Source of the DNA: a virus
Taxonomy: Duplodnaviria; Caudoviricetes
IMG/VR virus record: IMGVR_UViG_3300044300_001349
Location: 1 to 28,066 of that record
Strand: one strand, 5' to 3'
DNA: 28,066 bases
Shown here: in pieces, positions 26,511 through 28,066 of the stretch
Position numbering within the stretch: position 1 is the first letter of the stretch
How the letters are laid out: every line of letters starts with the position of its first letter
The notes under the pieces: model-generated
The model's input: only the letters and a program-made list of their open reading frames with translations
The model's database searches: none
Told to the model about the DNA's origin: nothing
Position numbers and translations under genes: made by a program

Positions 26511-28066
26511 TTATTTAAGTTTTGATTCTAAATCTTCTACTTTTGCAGTTAACTCTTGTATTGCTTTTACTAATGGTACAATTAACATTGTTTCTCCAAG
26601 TTCTTGGCAACCATCTTCTCTTTCAATCCAAGCAGTAAAATTCGAATGATTAACTTTATCCATAGATTCTTTTACTTCTTGTGCAATAAAGCCATAATTA
26701 ATTTTATCTGGATTGTTTCTTTCTGTTTTTGTTTCGTTATAAGTATCAAATGATTTTGGATATTCACTCGGTGCTTTTCTTTTAAAAGTAACTGGTCTTA
26801 AATCATTTATAAAATCCAATCCTATATTGGTATCATTAATTTCTTTTTTAATTCTTTCATCTGAAGTATGCGACCATGTTTCTCCACCTCCACCAAAATC
26901 TAAAGTTACAAAATCTGAATCAACTCCAATTCTAATAGTTTCAGCGCCACCATCGTTTAATCCATCCGTACCAGCTTTTAATACAATAGAATCATTTATA
27001 CTAGTTCCAGAACTTCCTGCACCTGTTCCTATAAAAACATTCCCTGTGTTTGCAGTAAGATTTGACCCGCCTGACTGATAACCAAGACATAAATTATGGA
27101 TACCACTTGTAACAGAAGTTGCCGCTTGGTGTCCAATAGCTAAATTACCATCTGCATCGTCAAGAGCATCATCTAACGTATTGCTTCCAATACCTATATT
27201 ATAATTTGATGTTCCTGTATTTCCCCAAGTTCCACCACCTGCGTGTGTTCCAATGAATACATTATGTTGCCCTGTTTCAGCATTACCACCAGCGTCTGTA
27301 TCGTCCATCGCTTGATAACCAATCGCAACGTTGTAAGAACCTTTATGAGTATTCATAGCTTGATGACCAACAGCAACGTTATTATCCCCTGTGGTCATTT
27401 GCTCACAGGCTCTATATCCCAAAGCCGTATTACCAACTCCTGACGTCATATCTTCAAGGGCTAAGTAACCTAATGCAGTACCGATTACAGCTTGAGACGC
27501 ACTTAAAGCGTTATGACCTATAGCAACTGCTCCTATTATTTCTCCATTAGATGTTGCATCCAAAGCGTTATGTCCAATCGCTATATTCTTTTGTACTTGT
27601 CTATTATTACCGCCTAAATCACCACCTATTAAAGCGTTTGTTCCAATCGCTATATTGTAGTCTATATCTCCACCAGCAGTACCCTCATCCATCGAACCCA
27701 TCGCTCCATAACCAATAGCAATATTGTCACTTTCACCAACAGCTACTGCATCTAAAGCTTGATAACCAATAGCTATATTGTTATCTCCTTCTGTAGCAGA
27801 AGCCATTGATTGATACCCTAATGCTACGTTTTTAGCTCCAGATGTCAATGCTGATAAAGATTCAAAACCAATGCCTATTACTCCATCTGCATCAGTTGTC
27901 AAAACCCCATTACCAGCATTTTTTCCGATAATTATAGCTTTATTTACGCTGGTAGAATTATATAAACAGTTTGTTCCAATTGCCACATTATCATCACCGC
28001 CTGTTAATGATATACCAGAAGCATTTCCAATAGCAATGTTACTGCCTCCAGTATTAACATCCTCAA
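26511..28066 (-). CDS. Tail fibre/spike with ~14-aa N-x-A-I-G beta-roll repeats and C-terminal intramolecular chaperone (peptidase S74); 5' truncated by window edge
   Basis: Repeats such as NVALGYQS, NIAIGYQA and NTALGYRA; autocleavage motif TSDERIKKEI, LRPVTF, YGFIAQEV, and terminal coiled coil LVKAIQELTAKVEDLE. The frame stays open to the window end (..EDVNTGGSNIAIGNASG..). Confidence 0.9.
   Translation of the reverse strand, partial: EDVNTGGSNIAIGNASGISLTGGDDNVAIGTNCLYNSTSVNKAIIIGKNAGNGVLTTDADGVIGIGFESLSALTSGAKNVALGYQSMASATEGDNNIAIGYQALDAVAVGESDNIAIGYGAMGSMDEGTAGGDIDYNIAIGTNALIGGDLGGNNRQVQKNIAIGHNALDATSNGEIIGAVAIGHNALSASQAVIGTALGYLALEDMTSGVGNTALGYRACEQMTTGDNNVAVGHQAMNTHKGSYNVAIGYQAMDDTDAGGNAETGQHNVFIGTHAGGGTWGNTGTSNYNIGIGSNTLDDALDDADGNLAIGHQAATSVTSGIHNLCLGYQSGGSNLTANTGNVFIGTGAGSSGTSINDSIVLKAGTDGLNDGGAETIRIGVDSDFVTLDFGGGGETWSHTSDERIKKEINDTNIGLDFINDLRPVTFKRKAPSEYPKSFDTYNETKTERNNPDKINYGFIAQEVKESMDKVNHSNFTAWIEREDGCQELGETMLIVPLVKAIQELTAKVEDLESKLK

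Larger units (their letters stand above)
1..28066. mobile_element. Tailed bacteriophage (Caudoviricetes, podovirus-like) genome fragment; replication module converging on virion/lysis module
   Basis: DnaB, Dam and RuvC-like genes on the + strand converge on tightly packed structural genes on the - strand (S74-chaperone tail fibre, nozzle-like protein, ejection proteins). No host housekeeping genes, integrase or att site are visible. Confidence 0.95.

Noticed and set aside
23214-27443. Plus-strand ORFs at 23214, 23729, 24193, 24384, 24491, 25502, 25886, 26437, 26827, 27243 and minus ORF 25468-25710
   Set aside because: They are antisense or alternate-frame shadows of a fully tiled, translationally coupled minus-strand operon.
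1-28066. Stop-codon reassignment as seen in some crAss-like phages
   Set aside because: Genes tile the window densely under code 11, and TAG (6746, 24719) and TGA (781, 3224, 25711, 25981) act as real stops at gene junctions.
1-28066. CRISPR array, tRNA/rRNA genes, introns/inteins, DGR template-variable repeats
   Set aside because: There is no intergenic space or regularly spaced nucleotide repeat, and DnaB is normal length with no intein. No reverse transcriptase or adenine-specific near-duplicate was noticed by eye.

Overview
The whole window is a fragment of an AT-rich tailed dsDNA bacteriophage genome with podovirus-like gene content and the standard genetic code. Bases 1-3.9 kb (+ strand) are the end of a replication/recombination module: a frameshifted DUF932-like gene, a Dam-type N6-adenine methyltransferase, a DnaB helicase, a small Cys-rich protein and a RuvC-like resolvase. 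Bases 3.9-28 kb (- strand) are a convergent late operon. In transcription order it holds a tail fibre with a C-terminal S74-type chaperone, small membrane/lysis-like genes, a cluster of tiny very basic proteins (several missed by the ORF track), a 1017-aa tail nozzle-like protein, a second fibre-like protein, and five nearly cysteine-free internal-virion/ejection proteins. The main finding is the 2849-aa ejection-module protein. It carries, in the correct order, the motifs of a single-chain two-barrel (double-psi beta-barrel) RNA polymerase of the cellular-RdRP/YonO/crAss-gp66 type, with an atypical catalytic loop GDYDAD, and is therefore a probable virion-packaged RNA polymerase. The phage uses Shine-Dalgarno sites, unlike typical Bacteroidota-infecting crAss-like phages. 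The only two cysteines in about 4500 aa of ejection proteins are the penultimate residue of the polymerase and residue 5 of the next protein, which suggests a head-to-tail disulfide tether. All family assignments come from motif recognition by eye; no searches were run.
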